DNA from: Eledone cirrhosa
Lineage: Eukaryota
Length of the DNA: 64,000 nucleotides
Direction: 5' to 3'
NCBI GenBank assembly: GCA_964016885.1
Contig: OZ024743.1
Span: 7,068,001-7,132,000, forward strand
The position numbers and the translations under genes are program-made. Positions 50,209 to 63,322 of this stretch are shown piece by piece. The notes under the pieces are model-generated. The model was given only the letters and a program-made list of their open reading frames with translations, had not been told where the DNA came from and searched no databases. Position 1 is the stretch's first letter. Every line of letters starts with the position of its first letter.

Positions 50209-51229
50209 ATTAAAAAGAACAACAGGTAATTTAAGTAAGGATATATTGTGAGATGAGCATGAATAAGTTAGATGAAAGGGAGAAAAGAATAATGAATTGA
50301 GGATGAATAATCTAACGTCAAAAAAATGTTTGTTTACGAAGGATTTTTACAAGGTAATATAGAGTAAGAATGTATTGTATTATGTAATAATTGTTTCTAT
50401 GTTAGGCAACAGTGAGAAAAGGTACAGATTAGGGGTTAGATATTAAAAGAAAAAGAGAAGAAAGGGAAGTGATAAATAGGAGCGATATAGAATGAGTAAC
50501 AAGTATTATATAATGTATAATAAAAACTTTGAAATAAGGTAGAAAGACGGGTATATTTTTAAAGAAGTGTATATATATATATGTGCCTTTGAGAAAAAGA
50601 TTCTAAATTGATAAAGTTTTGGATATTAGCTGTATACTTTGTGGAATGTTTTGTGGAATTTATGCAAAACATTCCACAAAGTATAAAACTTTAAAAGGGT
50701 ATACCCTGTCCGGCCTCCTGTTGTTTTAATCAAATTAATTTACACACATACACACACACATATATATATATATGTGTGTGTGTGTGTGTATTTACATATA
50801 TATATATATATATATAATGTGTGTGTGTATGTGTATGTATAATATATATATATACTCACATGCACAAATGTGTGCGTGTTAGAAGTAATTAAATGTCTAA
50901 TTTTTATTGTTATTGTTAATTTACTATGTTAATTGTATTCACAAAGCTAACAATAAATATTAACAATGTATTACCATATAAAAACTCTTCATGTGAACAA
51001 TCCTAATTATGATGTCTGAATAAAGAGACTATTTTATGTTGTTTTTATACTGTATTGTAATAGGCCACATGGCACACAGTAATTGAAAATATTGTATTTT
51101 TAATAAATCAATTCACAGTTGTATAAATAACATTACAGATATTGATGGAAATATGAAAGAATAAGAAAAAAGAGGATAAAAACAAAACCAAGCAACAAAC
51201 GGGGGGGGGGGGGGGGGATTAAGAAGGAC

Positions 51230-52770
51230 AGATCTGACTGTACAGGAAAGTAGGAGAAACGGCTATAAATGCCATAAATGTGAGGAAAAAAAGGGACAAA
51301 GCAAGGACTAAGGCCACGGAAGAAAGGGAGGGAGGATAGGCTCTAAGCCTGGGGCAGGGTGGTGTTTAGTCGGGGTGGTGTTTAGAAGCATTTCTGCAGA
51401 CAATGGCCAGTGATACTCGCTGCAACAGCTATCCCACTTCGTAGGGTTCCTTCCTCAGATGGGGTGCAGTCAATCTGATTTTATGGAGTAGCCTGGCAGT
51501 ATGGGGTCTGAGGGCACCTGAGATCTCAATGGTGACCGGTGCGAGGAAGAAGCAGCCGGACAAACCCCAGTATTTGCTTGTCTTCCTGTCCTCTGCATTG
51601 TGGGCCACAGTACTGGGGTTTGTGGCATCCCAGATGATGGATTTACCTCCTTCAAAGGTACTTGCTTTTATTGTGGTTGAGGCCTGCTGGCTCCAATTGT
51701 GATGGTAAGCTAGTTGGATCCAGGCTCCTTCTGAATATGTCGTTGAAAGTGGCATGTTGGAAGAACCAGCCTGTGCTCAGGCAACATGACAGTGGGTGCG
51801 ACCAAGCACATCGACAACAGCCCCACAGCAGCTTGGTGTGACTCACACATGCAGAGGTTGTGACGTTGGGCCAGTATTATGCAAGTGCACTCATCATTAA
51901 GAAGGGTACTGGTTGATGAGGAGGGCACCAAATTGAGCCACACACTGCTGTTTGCTTGCAAAGCAGATCGGAGGCAGGTGTGGAAGTGTTGGTTCAAGCC
52001 AGACTTAATCTGCCTGAAGGAAGACCTGCACTTGATGTCATCCAAGTTATGTTGCACATATGTACATGGGGGGAAAGAGAGGCATTCACCTGTCCAGTTG
52101 GCCAGAACCTGCTCAGGTTCTGTGGCCACATCAGGTTTGGCTGTCTTGCTGAGGACTTCGCTGATGAGTGTGTGACTGGAGGAGATTGAGGAGAGGTCGG
52201 CCAGCAGTGCCAGATCTGAAGTGTATTGGAGGCTGAGGCCACCGAACCTCACTGGGAGTTTCACCTGTTGCCAGCCAGCACTGTCGAAACTGACTTTGCA
52301 AATGAGTTCTGCACAGCATCAGATGGTGGCATTGAGTTCACCAAGGTAATCTGCATGGAGGTGACAAGGTGTACCGTACAGCATGAACAACAATTTTGGA
52401 AGGGCAAAGCAGTTCCTCAATGAGGCATAGCCTCTCTCCCATTCATAACAGGTCTGTGTGTTTGGTCTCCAAGGCACTCTTGTATGGCTTGCAGGAGAAT
52501 TGGAGAGCCGAGAATGTAGGCAGTGTTTTTAGGCATTAACTGAGTCCTGAACAAGATGGGACAGATGCTGAGTACGGCATCATGGAATTCAGCCTCTCTG
52601 TAGTTAACGTTTTTCCACCGCAGACTAGGGTTGATCTCGAGTCCAAGGAGCTTTGGAGCTGGGACGATTAACTATCAGTCCTCAACTATCATCTCAGCTG
52701 AGGCACCCAGGGTCCCGTTGTCTAGGTATCAAACGTTGAAGAGCGACATGACAGAGCAGGTAGCGTCATC
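51230..52770 (-). mobile_element. Degenerate CRE-like (RLE) non-LTR retrotransposon
   Basis: LPVRFGGL, WL..VP, HPLSC..HATFNDIFRRSL..LEPAGL, GKSIIWDAT..AEDRKTSKY..F.PV.IE.SG, LQRVSLAI. Smaller fragments at ~45590-45740 (+), 48010-48170 (+) and 52920-53130 (-). Confidence 0.7.
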
Positions 52771-53769
52771 AACTATATATATATATATAGAAGGGCATCC
52801 AGCCATAGAAATCTTGCTAAACAAAGGGTCGGGAGGATCCTCAGTTGTGTCAAAGATATCACCGAGGGTGATAGTAAAAGGCTTAAGTTGTGGAATAGTC
52901 AAGCACATTCACAGGCATCACCTGATACTTACATAGGATGAGCTTCCAACGATGACAACACTTTGTTGTGAGTGGCCCAGCTTCCCTGTATGTCTTGAAT
53001 GCTACAGACTGAAATACATATTTTACCAATAAACTATGATATTTCAATAATTTATTCCGTTTGGCTATGGATGCAGTAACTCCCATCTCTGCCACAGTGT
53101 TAAGGCTGTCTGAATGTGTGAAAAAGTGCATCCTGTATCTACCTCTGGGTAAAAAAAAAGTCTGTCAAACCCCTTTCCATTGCTCCTGAATAATCTAATT
53201 TATTTCAGAATCCAGAGGATATTAACGCTGGATAGAGCCCATTGTACAATTAGGTTCAACTTGGTGTTGCAAACAAAGTAACCTGACAATCCATAAAGAC
53301 CTGGCCCCTAGAATCAAATGGGTTGCTACATTGAATTCTGGGAGAGCTAGCCGCTGAGTTCAATCTGAAGTTGCATGTATTCTTTTTTCTGAAACTGCAG
53401 GAGTGCTGAATGAAATATTCCTAGAGAGGGACTATATTGATGAACTGTTGCTAGACATTGCATTTCTATCGGAATTGCTGAAAGAGAAGCTTGGTAAGTG
53501 GAATGTTAAACACTTCTTCAGAACTGCATATAGGCCGAGCAGGAATGAGATAGAGGAGAGAATTATCTCATAATGACAACCATGGCAGGGAGGAGGCATA
53601 TCTCCTCAACTGAAGCAAAGTTTTGGTGCAACATGTCCCCCAGGTTAGATCAGGCTAAAGATTAGATGCCATAAAGAATGGTATTAAGATACAAATGGAG
53701 ACATCTAAGAATGGTACCACAGAAACTTAAAGAAAGAGAAGATTGTACATCTGTTGAGGTTGGGGATAA

Positions 53770-55140
53770 TAATAATAATGATAATAATAATAATGAAATT
53801 ATTGTGTAAAGTGCTCAGGTGCACTACAACTCGTCAAAGGTGCATGTATAGTACATAGAATAATACACAAATGTCAGGGAAGTGAATAGTGTATGAGTCA
53901 TGATTTACATGTGTGTATGTGTATGGAGGGGGAACATTAGGTGTAGTGTTGGCGAATCTCGGGAAGCATGGAGGCCTTTAAGGATGCAGTGTCTCCACAG
54001 CTAACAACCGATGCAGGTAGTTTGTTCCATGCTTCAGCAACTCTGAGCGTGAAAAAATGTTTCCGAAAGTCATGGGAACTGTGCTGTTTTCTGACTTTGT
54101 GGGCATGCCCACGTGTGTTAGACACATGGAAATCAAAAAGGTACTCAGGGTTGTTGTTGGCAACATGGTTAACAATTTTGTGGGTGTTTACCAAGTCAGT
54201 TGCCAGGCGTCGGAGCTTCAATGTATCCATGCCCAGGGAAGCAAGGGGCTCAGAGTATGGTAGATGCCTGATGGAGGGTATTCGCTTGGTTGCACGTCTC
54301 TGAACAGTTTCCAGGCAGTCAATGTTCTGAGCAAGATAGGGGTTCCAGACTGGTGATGAAAATTCTAAGTGTGGCCGCACCATAGCCATGTACAGCCTTA
54401 AATAGATAGCTGGAGAGCGGTTGACAAAGGTCTTGCTGAGTGATGCTAAGACACCCTCGGCCCTCTTGACAATTTTAGAGACGTCTTTCGTCCAACGCAA
54501 ATCGCTGCTGACCGTAATGCCCAGGTCATGTTCACAAGAGGACTTCTTGATATTAGTGCTGTGGAGGGAGTATGTGGACGCTGAGTTTTTACTCCCAAAA
54601 TGCATGGTGGTGCACTTGTCCACAGCTAGCTTGAGTTGCCAGTCTGAGATCCATTGTTGCATTGTATCCAGGTCAGACTGCAAGCAAGATCTATAGTGTT
54701 CAGGATCTGTCCTTTTTATCTCAAGGTACAGCTTGATGTCGTCTGCGTACTTTAGTACTGCCGCATTCTTTAAGTTGGCATCTATGTCATTAATATATGC
54801 CACAAACAAAAGGGGGCCAAGATAAGATCCCTGTGGTACACCAGATGACATCTCATATGGTGAGCAATGCTGTCCTAGAACCGCGACTACCTCTCTTCGA
54901 CTGAGAATGAAGGACTTCAACCAGTTAAAAAGATCATCCTTCACACCCATTGCAGAGAGTTTTGCCATAAGCCTTTTGTGTGGCACAGAATTGAAAGGTT
55001 TCGCAAAGTCAAGGTAAACAACATCCACCCATGAGCTGCCATCAGTGATCCGGGTGATGTCTTCAAGAAACTCGATAAGTTGATCACAGCAGCTGGAGTT
55101 GGGGATAAATCCAAAATATGAGGTCTGAGTGCAGTCACAC
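53770..55140 (-). mobile_element. CR1-group LINE, 5'-truncated (RT plus 3' UTR with (TAT)n tail)
   Basis: ORF 53937-55148: VYLDFAKPF, SGVPQGS.LGPLLF, YADD, LY.AMVRPHLE, TRGH..K, R..FF..RV...WN.LP. Confidence 0.9.
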
Positions 55141-55400
55141 CAATACATGTAGCATATATTAGTGGTGGAGAGGAATAGTGTCAGATATGAATTTACAAGA
55201 CAATGTTTCAGTAGGTGGAATGCAGATTCCAGTACATACTAAATTATTACTACCACCAGCATCGAAAATAGAATCTTTGGATTCTGTTGACACAATTCTG
55301 ACAACAACAATGATAATTCTCTTATCACACCTTTAACTTTATGGTAGAAAAATAGTAATGTTTAAAAGGTCAAAATTAACATACAAAGAAGTCGTTATAA

Positions 55401-55720
55401 TTAATGGTGATGGTGGTGGTGGTGGTGGTGGTGGTAGTGGTGATGATGATGGTGGTGGTGATGCTGCTGCTGATGATGATTGTGTCGATTATGATGGTGT
55501 TGATGATGATGATGGTGGTGGTGGTGGTGGTGATGATGGTGGTGGTGGTCATGATGGTGGTGGTGGTGGTGATGGTGGTGGTGGTGCTGGTGGTGATGAT
55601 GGTGGTGGTGATGGTGGTGGTGATGATGATGGTGGTGGTGGTGATGATGATGATGATGATCATCATCATCATGATGGTGGTGGTGTTGGTGGTGGTGATG
55701 ATGATGATGATAGTGATGAT
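55401..55720. repeat. Compound (GGT/GAT)n microsatellite
   Basis: Direct reading of the sequence. Confidence 0.97.
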
Positions 55721-56359
55721 ACATACAAAATCCAAGACAAATTAGCAATGCAAACAATACCAGCCTTCAAATCACTCTTTTATGATCCAAACAAAATTAA
55801 GATACATTAGCAAAATTGCCCATTATATTGTCCACACAGGTAGACATGATGTTGTGAATATTGCTGCTCTTTAAGCACATTATACATGACATATTTGAAG
55901 CTGTTAGCCACCTCTCTATTGTTGGTACCACAAAAAATATACCCAGTACACACTGCAAGTTGCTTGGTGATAGGGAGAGCAGCTTGCTGTAGAAACCATG
56001 CTAAAAAAAAGTGCCGAAAGGGCTCTTCAGTTGTGCCACCGACTTGACAACCTCCCTAGTGTTGGTGATTTACACAATAAACACACTCAATACATTCTGT
56101 AAAGTGGCTGGTGCTAAGAAGGGTATTTAGCTGCAGAAAATCTGCTAAATGAATTGAGAGAACTCTTCAGCTCTGTCAAAGACATGGCCACTTTCCTGGT
56201 GCTGGTCCCATGATACACTTGGTAAAGTGTAGAAAGATATGTTGGTGAGATGTAGTCTTCTGAGTGGTCTGAGGCCAGTCTGTGATCACCTAGTCTGTGA
56301 CGACCCAACTATTGTTAATAGGGAAAATGAATATTAAATGATGGTGATGATGAATATTA

Positions 56360-57512
56360 CAGGGTTGCTCAGTTCTTTGAGGATTTTTGCATGAATTTAG
56401 TAAAAGATGCATAAGCCATGAAAGAAGATATTTGAGAAAATTTGGCATGGAGATTCTGGTTGACACATATACTCAATGAATATGTGATTAGCATTGATGA
56501 CTGCTTCAATAGTTATGGGAGTCTTCAGGAATTTTATAGTGTTATGGAGGTGCTGATTGACTTCCTTCTCGATTGTGCCCCATACATAGTAGCCTAATGG
56601 ATTCAGGTCTGGAGAGCTAGGAGGCCATATGTTTGGGGTGATGTGATCATGGAAACTGTAACTATTCCATTCTTCGGTGTTGGGTCATCTTGGCTTTGTG
56701 AGACAGCACAAAGTTTTGTTGGTAGGTGCTCTCTATCCCAGGCCCAATAACCCTCTCCAACACCTCCTTATAGTTAGCAGCATTAATGCTTAAGTCCTAA
56801 GGAAAGAAGTGAGGAGGCATAACATCTTCCTTAATGCTCTCAACTCCTAGAACCGTCACAATTATTGGAAACTTTGAGTACATGATCATTAGAAAATCTT
56901 TAGGGTCTCTGCATTAACATCTGTCATTCCTTCAGTCGATCTTTTGGTCGTAATTAATGTTTTTCTCATCAGAGAAAAACCAAAGCATTCCAGGCTACTG
57001 ATGTTTCTAATTGCTCAACAAGTGTTTTGTGTGGATCAGATGGTTAGCCTTTTGTCTTTGAAGACATGATTTGGCTTCTTGTATCGAAAGTCCTCATGAA
57101 CAAGTCTTCGGATAATGTGCTTTGAAACTTTGAGCTCCTTAGCAATTGTGCTAATTGACTTTCAGTGGTACTTGCCGCTAATTTTCTGGACTTTTCATGC
57201 ACATTTGGGTGTTCTGGTGGTATTAGAACACTTAGCAAGTATTTTACATTTGGCTACTTCTGTAGAATCCCTGTCAGTGGCTTCCAGCTCTTTGCAAACT
57301 TTGATAACAAACGACCATGTAACTTCCAGGAAGCGAGAAATCTCTAAATTACTATACTCTGCTTTTAAGGCAATGGTTAGAGCATGCCTTTTCATTTGCT
57401 AAGCCAGCCTGATGCCTGTAATCATTTATCTGAAAAGAAATGAAAATCAGAACAAGTTAGAGAAATGTTACAGCTATTATAAGATGTGTCCTAAATAAAC
57501 TGATCAACACTG
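56360..57512 (-). mobile_element. Tc1/mariner-superfamily relic (maT/DD37D-like)
   Basis: TIRs cagggttgctcagtt / aactgatcaacactg. Degenerate transposase with FFSDEKN and WPPSSPDLNPL(G)YYVW. Confidence 0.75.
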
Positions 57513-58965
57513 ATGATTTCAGTTTTACATAACATTCTTTCAAATGTTTATTTTATTTTATTATTTTTACTCAGCACAGCAGCCCATTGAACATAGCTCA
57601 TATGGCCAGTCTACCTCTGTTACAAGAGTATGATATAGAGGAAAACAGCTTTTATTAGAAAGAAAATGAATAGTTAATTTGTTTTCAGTATCATATTGAT
57701 GGTTTTTCTAAATTTAAAACACTAATCCAATGCCAACACTTATGTATGTATATATGACCCCGTAACTCTTGATGGAATTGTATGGGTGCTGTAGTGACAT
57801 GCAATATGTCTTGAACATTTTAAACCTTGTAGAGCCCATCTCCTCCCCAGGTCTGAACATAGTTGATTCTTCCAGAGAAGGAGAGATAAAGAATGATAGA
57901 GAGGAAATGGGAATGAGATATAAAGAAAGAATTGACCCAGTCCTAGATTGAAATCTTTTTATTGACTTCAAAAGGGTGAAAGGCAAAGTTGACCTCAACA
58001 AGATTTATACTCAGAGCGCAAAGAACCAGAACGAATACTGCTAAGCTTTCTATCTGACGTTCTAACAACTCTGGAAATATATATAGAGGTCTTCAAATTC
58101 CTTATATGAAAGTAAATGGAATAAAGAGATCATTCCTCTCACAGAAATTTCCCAAAAGATGGATAAAAGATGATATTTTATGATGGATAAATGGAGCAGA
58201 AGGCCTAAAATATAACTTATATGTGGAACAGGGAGTGGTAATTCAGAACAACAGAACTAAAATGCCATTTATATGTGGAATAGGGAGTAGGTATCCAGAG
58301 CAGGAGCTTAGTTATCTACACCAGGAGTAACCATTTTCCAACATATGAGATATATTTTATTCAGTCTTACTTCTTTGTAGAATTTTGAGTTCACCATATT
58401 ATGAATTGGTTTTGGAAATTTTGTTATATTGTTTACTGTTTAAGCACAGCTTCATGTAACCTATATTAACCTTGATTGTAAATCCTATTTCCCATTTTCA
58501 ATGACATTGTATCTAATATAGAAATCAGCACAATTAAAGTAAAGATGGTAAGAAACTATATTTGATTGTCAGGGCAAATTGCCATGCTGGAATAATTTAC
58601 TATTTTAAGCTTTTTTCAACAGATATACTTTCTTTTCTAACTTCTGTACATATAAATACATTTAAAGCTTGGGATGTGAAAACTGTATACTAAGGATATA
58701 TAAGTGAAATGTTTATTTATACAAACATCTCTGAAAGTGTTAGCCATTTCAAAAATCAAGGTACTTAAAGCTTATGTAAACAGCTCATTAAATCAAAATT
58801 GGGCTGGTGAAGTGTTTTTCTTTTCTTCTGAAAAGCTTTCAAATCAAGATAAGAGCTAATATACTTAGATTGAGTCATGACGCTACAATCTTATCCTGGA
58901 CTTTGGACACCTATTTCATTATATAAAATAATTGATAAAAATCAATGAGTACAGGTGAAATTGCA

Positions 58966-59168
58966 TTAACCCTTTTACATTACTCTATATTTACTATTAT
59001 ATTTTCATGATAAAGGCTTTACCTCACATTATATCGAATCCATGAGATTTTGATATTATTTATTTTGAGAACCATACCTTGATATCAGTATGAGGGGCCA
59101 GTTGTAGCTAGTTTGAACAGAAAGAGAATTCTGGCTGGATTCGGTTGGTTTAAATGCTAAAGGGTTAA
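58966..59168. mobile_element. piggyBac-like MITE, inverted relative to 32312-32540
   Basis: TTAA-ccctt...aaatgctaaaggg-TTAA. The body contains one copy of the 60-bp unit. Confidence 0.8.
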
Positions 59169-60161
59169 TATGAATAGTTACTCAAACTTTCAAAAAGTTA
59201 ATATAAAGAATGACTTGCTCATGCGCAGAGATGCTATAAAATAGGGTGAAGACACTGTTATGAGGAATGGAACCTGTATCTCCCTGATACCAACTAAGTG
59301 CTTTAGACTATTAAACCAAAGGACCCTGACAACTCTTACCAGCATAAATTAGATAGCTGAATCACAGCTTTTGTATGACAACAAACATCATAGTAAAATA
59401 ATGTGTATATGTAGCCAATCTCTTCGACTTTTACAAAGCACTGAGAAGATAAAGTTAATATAAAGAATGATGAGCTCATGCATGGAGATGTATTAAAATA
59501 GCTTATAAAATAGGGTGAAGACCCTTTTTTAAAGACAATCCAGACATTATTCTAGCTTTGAAGTATTCTGTTATTGAAGTACTAGAGTGTTACCTGTTAT
59601 ATGACAGGTGCCATTGAAGGTAATATGGAGAAATGTTCAATAAGTGAAATAATTATAATTATAATTTTTTCAAATGGTGCTTATAAAAAATAATGAAATA
59701 AATGAATAAACGTTTCTGATTTAGGCACAAGGCTATTAAATTTTGGGGAGAGGAAAGTCGATAAAATCGACCCCAGTGTATGACTGGTACTTTATTTTAT
59801 CGACCCCTGTAAGGATGAAAGGCAAAGCTAACCTCGGCGAGATTTGAACTCAGAATGTAAAGAGCCGTAACTGTATGCTGCGAAACAGGGTGTCCAACGC
59901 TCTACTGATTCTGCCAATCCACCTCCTAATAATAATTGTTTCTACTTTTGGCACAAGGCCAGCAATTACCCCAGTGTATTACTGGTACTTTATTTTATCG
60001 ACCCCGTAAGGATGAAAGGCAAAGTTAGCCTCGGCGGGATTTGAACTCAGAATGTAGAGGGCCAGGAATATTTGATCAAAGCGAGAGAAAGATAAAAAAA
60101 AAATGAAGCAAAAACTCAAACGGCTACCAGTTTATTTCGTTTATCTGTAAAACAACTTTTA

Positions 60162-60225
60162 TATTTTATCTGATGAGAGCGTACCAAAAATGTTGGTACC
60201 CTTGAAATATATATATAATAAAATA
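60162..60225 (+). ncRNA. Hammerhead ribozyme motif (duplicate of 48593-48656)
   Basis: Identical sequence within the segmental duplication. Confidence 0.8.
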
Positions 60226-60847
60226 AATATGGTTTTATAAAGATAGTTTCCATTTATTAATATTATTGATATATATATATATATTTGGCAATCTTTCATT
60301 TTAGGTACGCAAAATAAAACTTTGCGGATATGTTTAAATTTCACTAAGTTTCGGTTTCCGTCAGTTTAAATATCATGGGTTAGAGTTAGAGTTAGAATCC
60401 TTTGTGAGATTTCACTTCTTTTGATTTTTTTTATTTACGTACCTAAAACGAAAGATTACCATATATTTATATAGACACACACGAACGCACACACACACAC
60501 ACATATATAGTTTTGACTTTACTGGCATTTCTTGAAGCAAGAACGAAGAACGAAAACATTAAAAAAAACAAATAAACAAAAGAGTTAACAAAAAAACAGT
60601 CAAAAAATTCCCTTGGGAATTAATGTGCCCCTTCTGAGTACCACAGTCTGGTGACGGTCTTGTGACATTCAACGTCCATAGTGTGTATATATGATTGTGC
60701 ATGTGCACTTTACATACAAGAAAACCTATTTGAAACGCCCTGTGAATGTTAGTATGTGTGTGTATATGTACCAACTTTCATTTACAGTTGTATAAATAAC
60801 ACAATATATACATCTCTCTCTCTATATATATATATATAGAGAGAGAG

Positions 60848-61808
60848 ATGCCAACTTAAAGAATGCCACAGTACTAAAGTACGCAGACGACATCAAGCTG
60901 TACCTTTAGATAAAAAGGACAGATCCTGAACACTATAGATCTTGCTTGCAGTCTGACCTGGACACAATGCAACAATGGATCTCAGACTGGCAACTCAAGC
61001 TAGCTGTGGACAAGTGCACCACCATGCATTTTGGGAGTAAAAACCCAGCGTCCACATACTCCCTCCACAGCACTAATATCAAGAAGTCTTCTTGTGAATG
61101 TGACCTGGGCATTACGGTCAGCAGCGATTTGCGTTGGACGAGGCACGTCTCTAAAATTGTCAAGAGGGCCGAGGGTGTCTTAGCATCACTCAGCAAGACC
61201 TTTGTCAGCCGCTCTCCAGCTATCTATTTAAGGCTGTACATGGCTATGGTGCGGCCACACTTAGAATTTGCATCACTAGTCTGGAACCCCTATCTTGCTC
61301 AGAACATTGACTGCCTGGAAACTGTTCAGAGACGTGCAACCAAGCGAATACCCTCCATCAGGCATCTACCATACTCTGAGCGCTTTGCTTCCCTGGGCAT
61401 GGATACATTGAAGCTCCGACGCCTGGCAACTGACTTGGTAAACACCCACAAAATTGTTAACCATGTTGCCAACAACAACCCTGAGTACCTTTTTGATTTC
61501 CATGTGTCTAACACACGTGGACATGCCCACAAAGTAAGAAAACAGCACAGCTCCCATGACTTTCGGAAACATTTTTTCACGCTCAGAGTTGCTGAAGCAT
61601 GGAACAAACTACCTGCATCAGTTGTTAGCTGTCGAGACACTGCATCCTTTAAGGCCTCCATGCTTCCCGAGATCCGCCAACACTACAGCTAACACATACA
61701 CACATGTACTTCCCTGACATTTGTGTATTATTCTATGTACTATACATACACCTTTGACAAGTTGTAGTGCACCTGAGCACTTTACACAATAATTTCATTA
61801 TTATTATT
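60848..61808 (+). mobile_element. CR1-group LINE 3' fragment, same family as 53770-55140
   Basis: Near-identical protein sequence with one in-frame TAG at ~60907. Absent from duplication copy 1. Confidence 0.92.
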
Positions 61809-61926
61809 TTATATTGAGATTGAATTATTTTCCCATATCTTACGTTAAATATTTTCCATCTTGACGTTATAGTCACTTATATATTATGAAATACTGTTGG
61901 CTTCTTGCTCACATTAATTTCTCTAT

Positions 61927-61973
<47 letters not shown>

Positions 61974-62087
61974 TAGAAGTTGTATTTAATTTGTTGGAAG
62001 TCCAACAAACATAAATGTTTATAACTGATTTAGAGTAAATATTCAATGATATTAAATAAATGGAAACTATATTTATAAAACCATATT

Positions 62088-62152
62088 TATTTTATTATAT
62101 ATATTTCAAGGGCAAACAAGACAACATTGGTACGCTTTCATCAGATAAAATA
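62088..62152 (-). ncRNA. Minimal type-I hammerhead ribozyme motif
   Basis: TATTTTAT-CTGATGA-AAG..CTT-GAAA-TATATA-TA-ATAAAATA. The distal part of stem II is partly decayed. Confidence 0.7.
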
Positions 62153-62642
62153 CAAAGTTTGTTTTATAAATAGAGACGTACCCATGAAAAACACCTTATC
62201 GGTTGGAAACTCACTGGGTAGTGAATTTTGTTTTTCTGGATTTAATATCATTATATATATATATATAGTAATAATAATAAATTTGAAGACTAAAACCCAA
62301 AGTGGGCTCGATAAGGATAAATATATATCAAATATATAAGAACCGTAGAGCAAATATATATATACATATTTATGTTTTGTGGTTCAAAAATCGATAGAAC
62401 TGGTCATTCCATTTAGTTAATCATGATATAATAGTAGGAAAAACACTCAACGTTATGTAACTCATTCGTCATTGATGTTGAATCGCCAGGGTCCATTTTC
62501 TTTATTCTCTGTGCTTGGCGTAATTCCTTTTATTTATTAACCAATTATGCAATCCGCACCTGATGATGTTGCTAGGGTCTTACGTAACCAGGTCATTGAA
62601 ATATATAGTGTTTTTTGCAACAATAAAACTTTAAAAGGATAT

Positions 62643-62694
<52 letters not shown>

Positions 62695-63047
62695 TAGAAG
62701 TAATTAAATGTCTAATTTTTATTGTTATTGTTAATTTACTATGTTAATTGTATTCACAAAGCTAACAATAAATATTAACAATGTATTACCATATAAAAAC
62801 TCTTCATGTGAACAATCCTAATTATGATGTCTGAATAAAGAGACTATTTTATGTTGTTTTTATACTGTATTGTAATAGGCCACATGGCACACAGTAATTG
62901 AAAATATTGTATTTTTAATAAATCAATTCACAGTTGTATAAATAACATTACAGATATTGATGGAAATATGAAAGAATAAGAAAAAAGAGGATAAAAACAA
63001 AACCAAGCAACAAACGGGGGGGGGGGGGGGGGGAATTAAGAAAGACA

Positions 63048-63322
63048 TTTCGAGGCCGAAACAAATGAGATCGTGTAGGTGTCACGACAAAAAAACACAC
63101 AGGCCACGCTGTAATGTGGCCGTGTAGGCAACACGGTAAAAACCTCCCAGACCCACACTGTAAATGTGGTTGGTGTTAGGAAGGGCATCCAACTGTAGAA
63201 AACCTGCCAGACAGTCCTATGCGAGCAAGACAATCACTCTTGCCTCAAGTGGGACTACCCTCGTCCAAACCCATGCAAGCGTGGAACACGGACGTTAAAC
63301 GTTGATGATGATGATGATGATG
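63048..63322 (+). mobile_element. RTE-related short element (subfamily B) inserted only in duplication copy 2
   Basis: The empty site gaca|gatctgactg is visible in copy 1 at ~51230. Confidence 0.88.

Larger units (their letters stand above)
48400..51907. repeat. Segmental duplication, copy 1
   Basis: Collinear and near-identical to 59970-64000, apart from copy-specific insertions. Confidence 0.9.

Noticed and set aside
55358-55810. Poly-Gly/Asp, poly-His and poly-Val ORFs
   Set aside because: Trinucleotide microsatellite that is open in several frames.
59194-59520. ~60-bp imperfect direct repeat pair
   Set aside because: Only two degenerate copies with no associated structure, likely a small local duplication.
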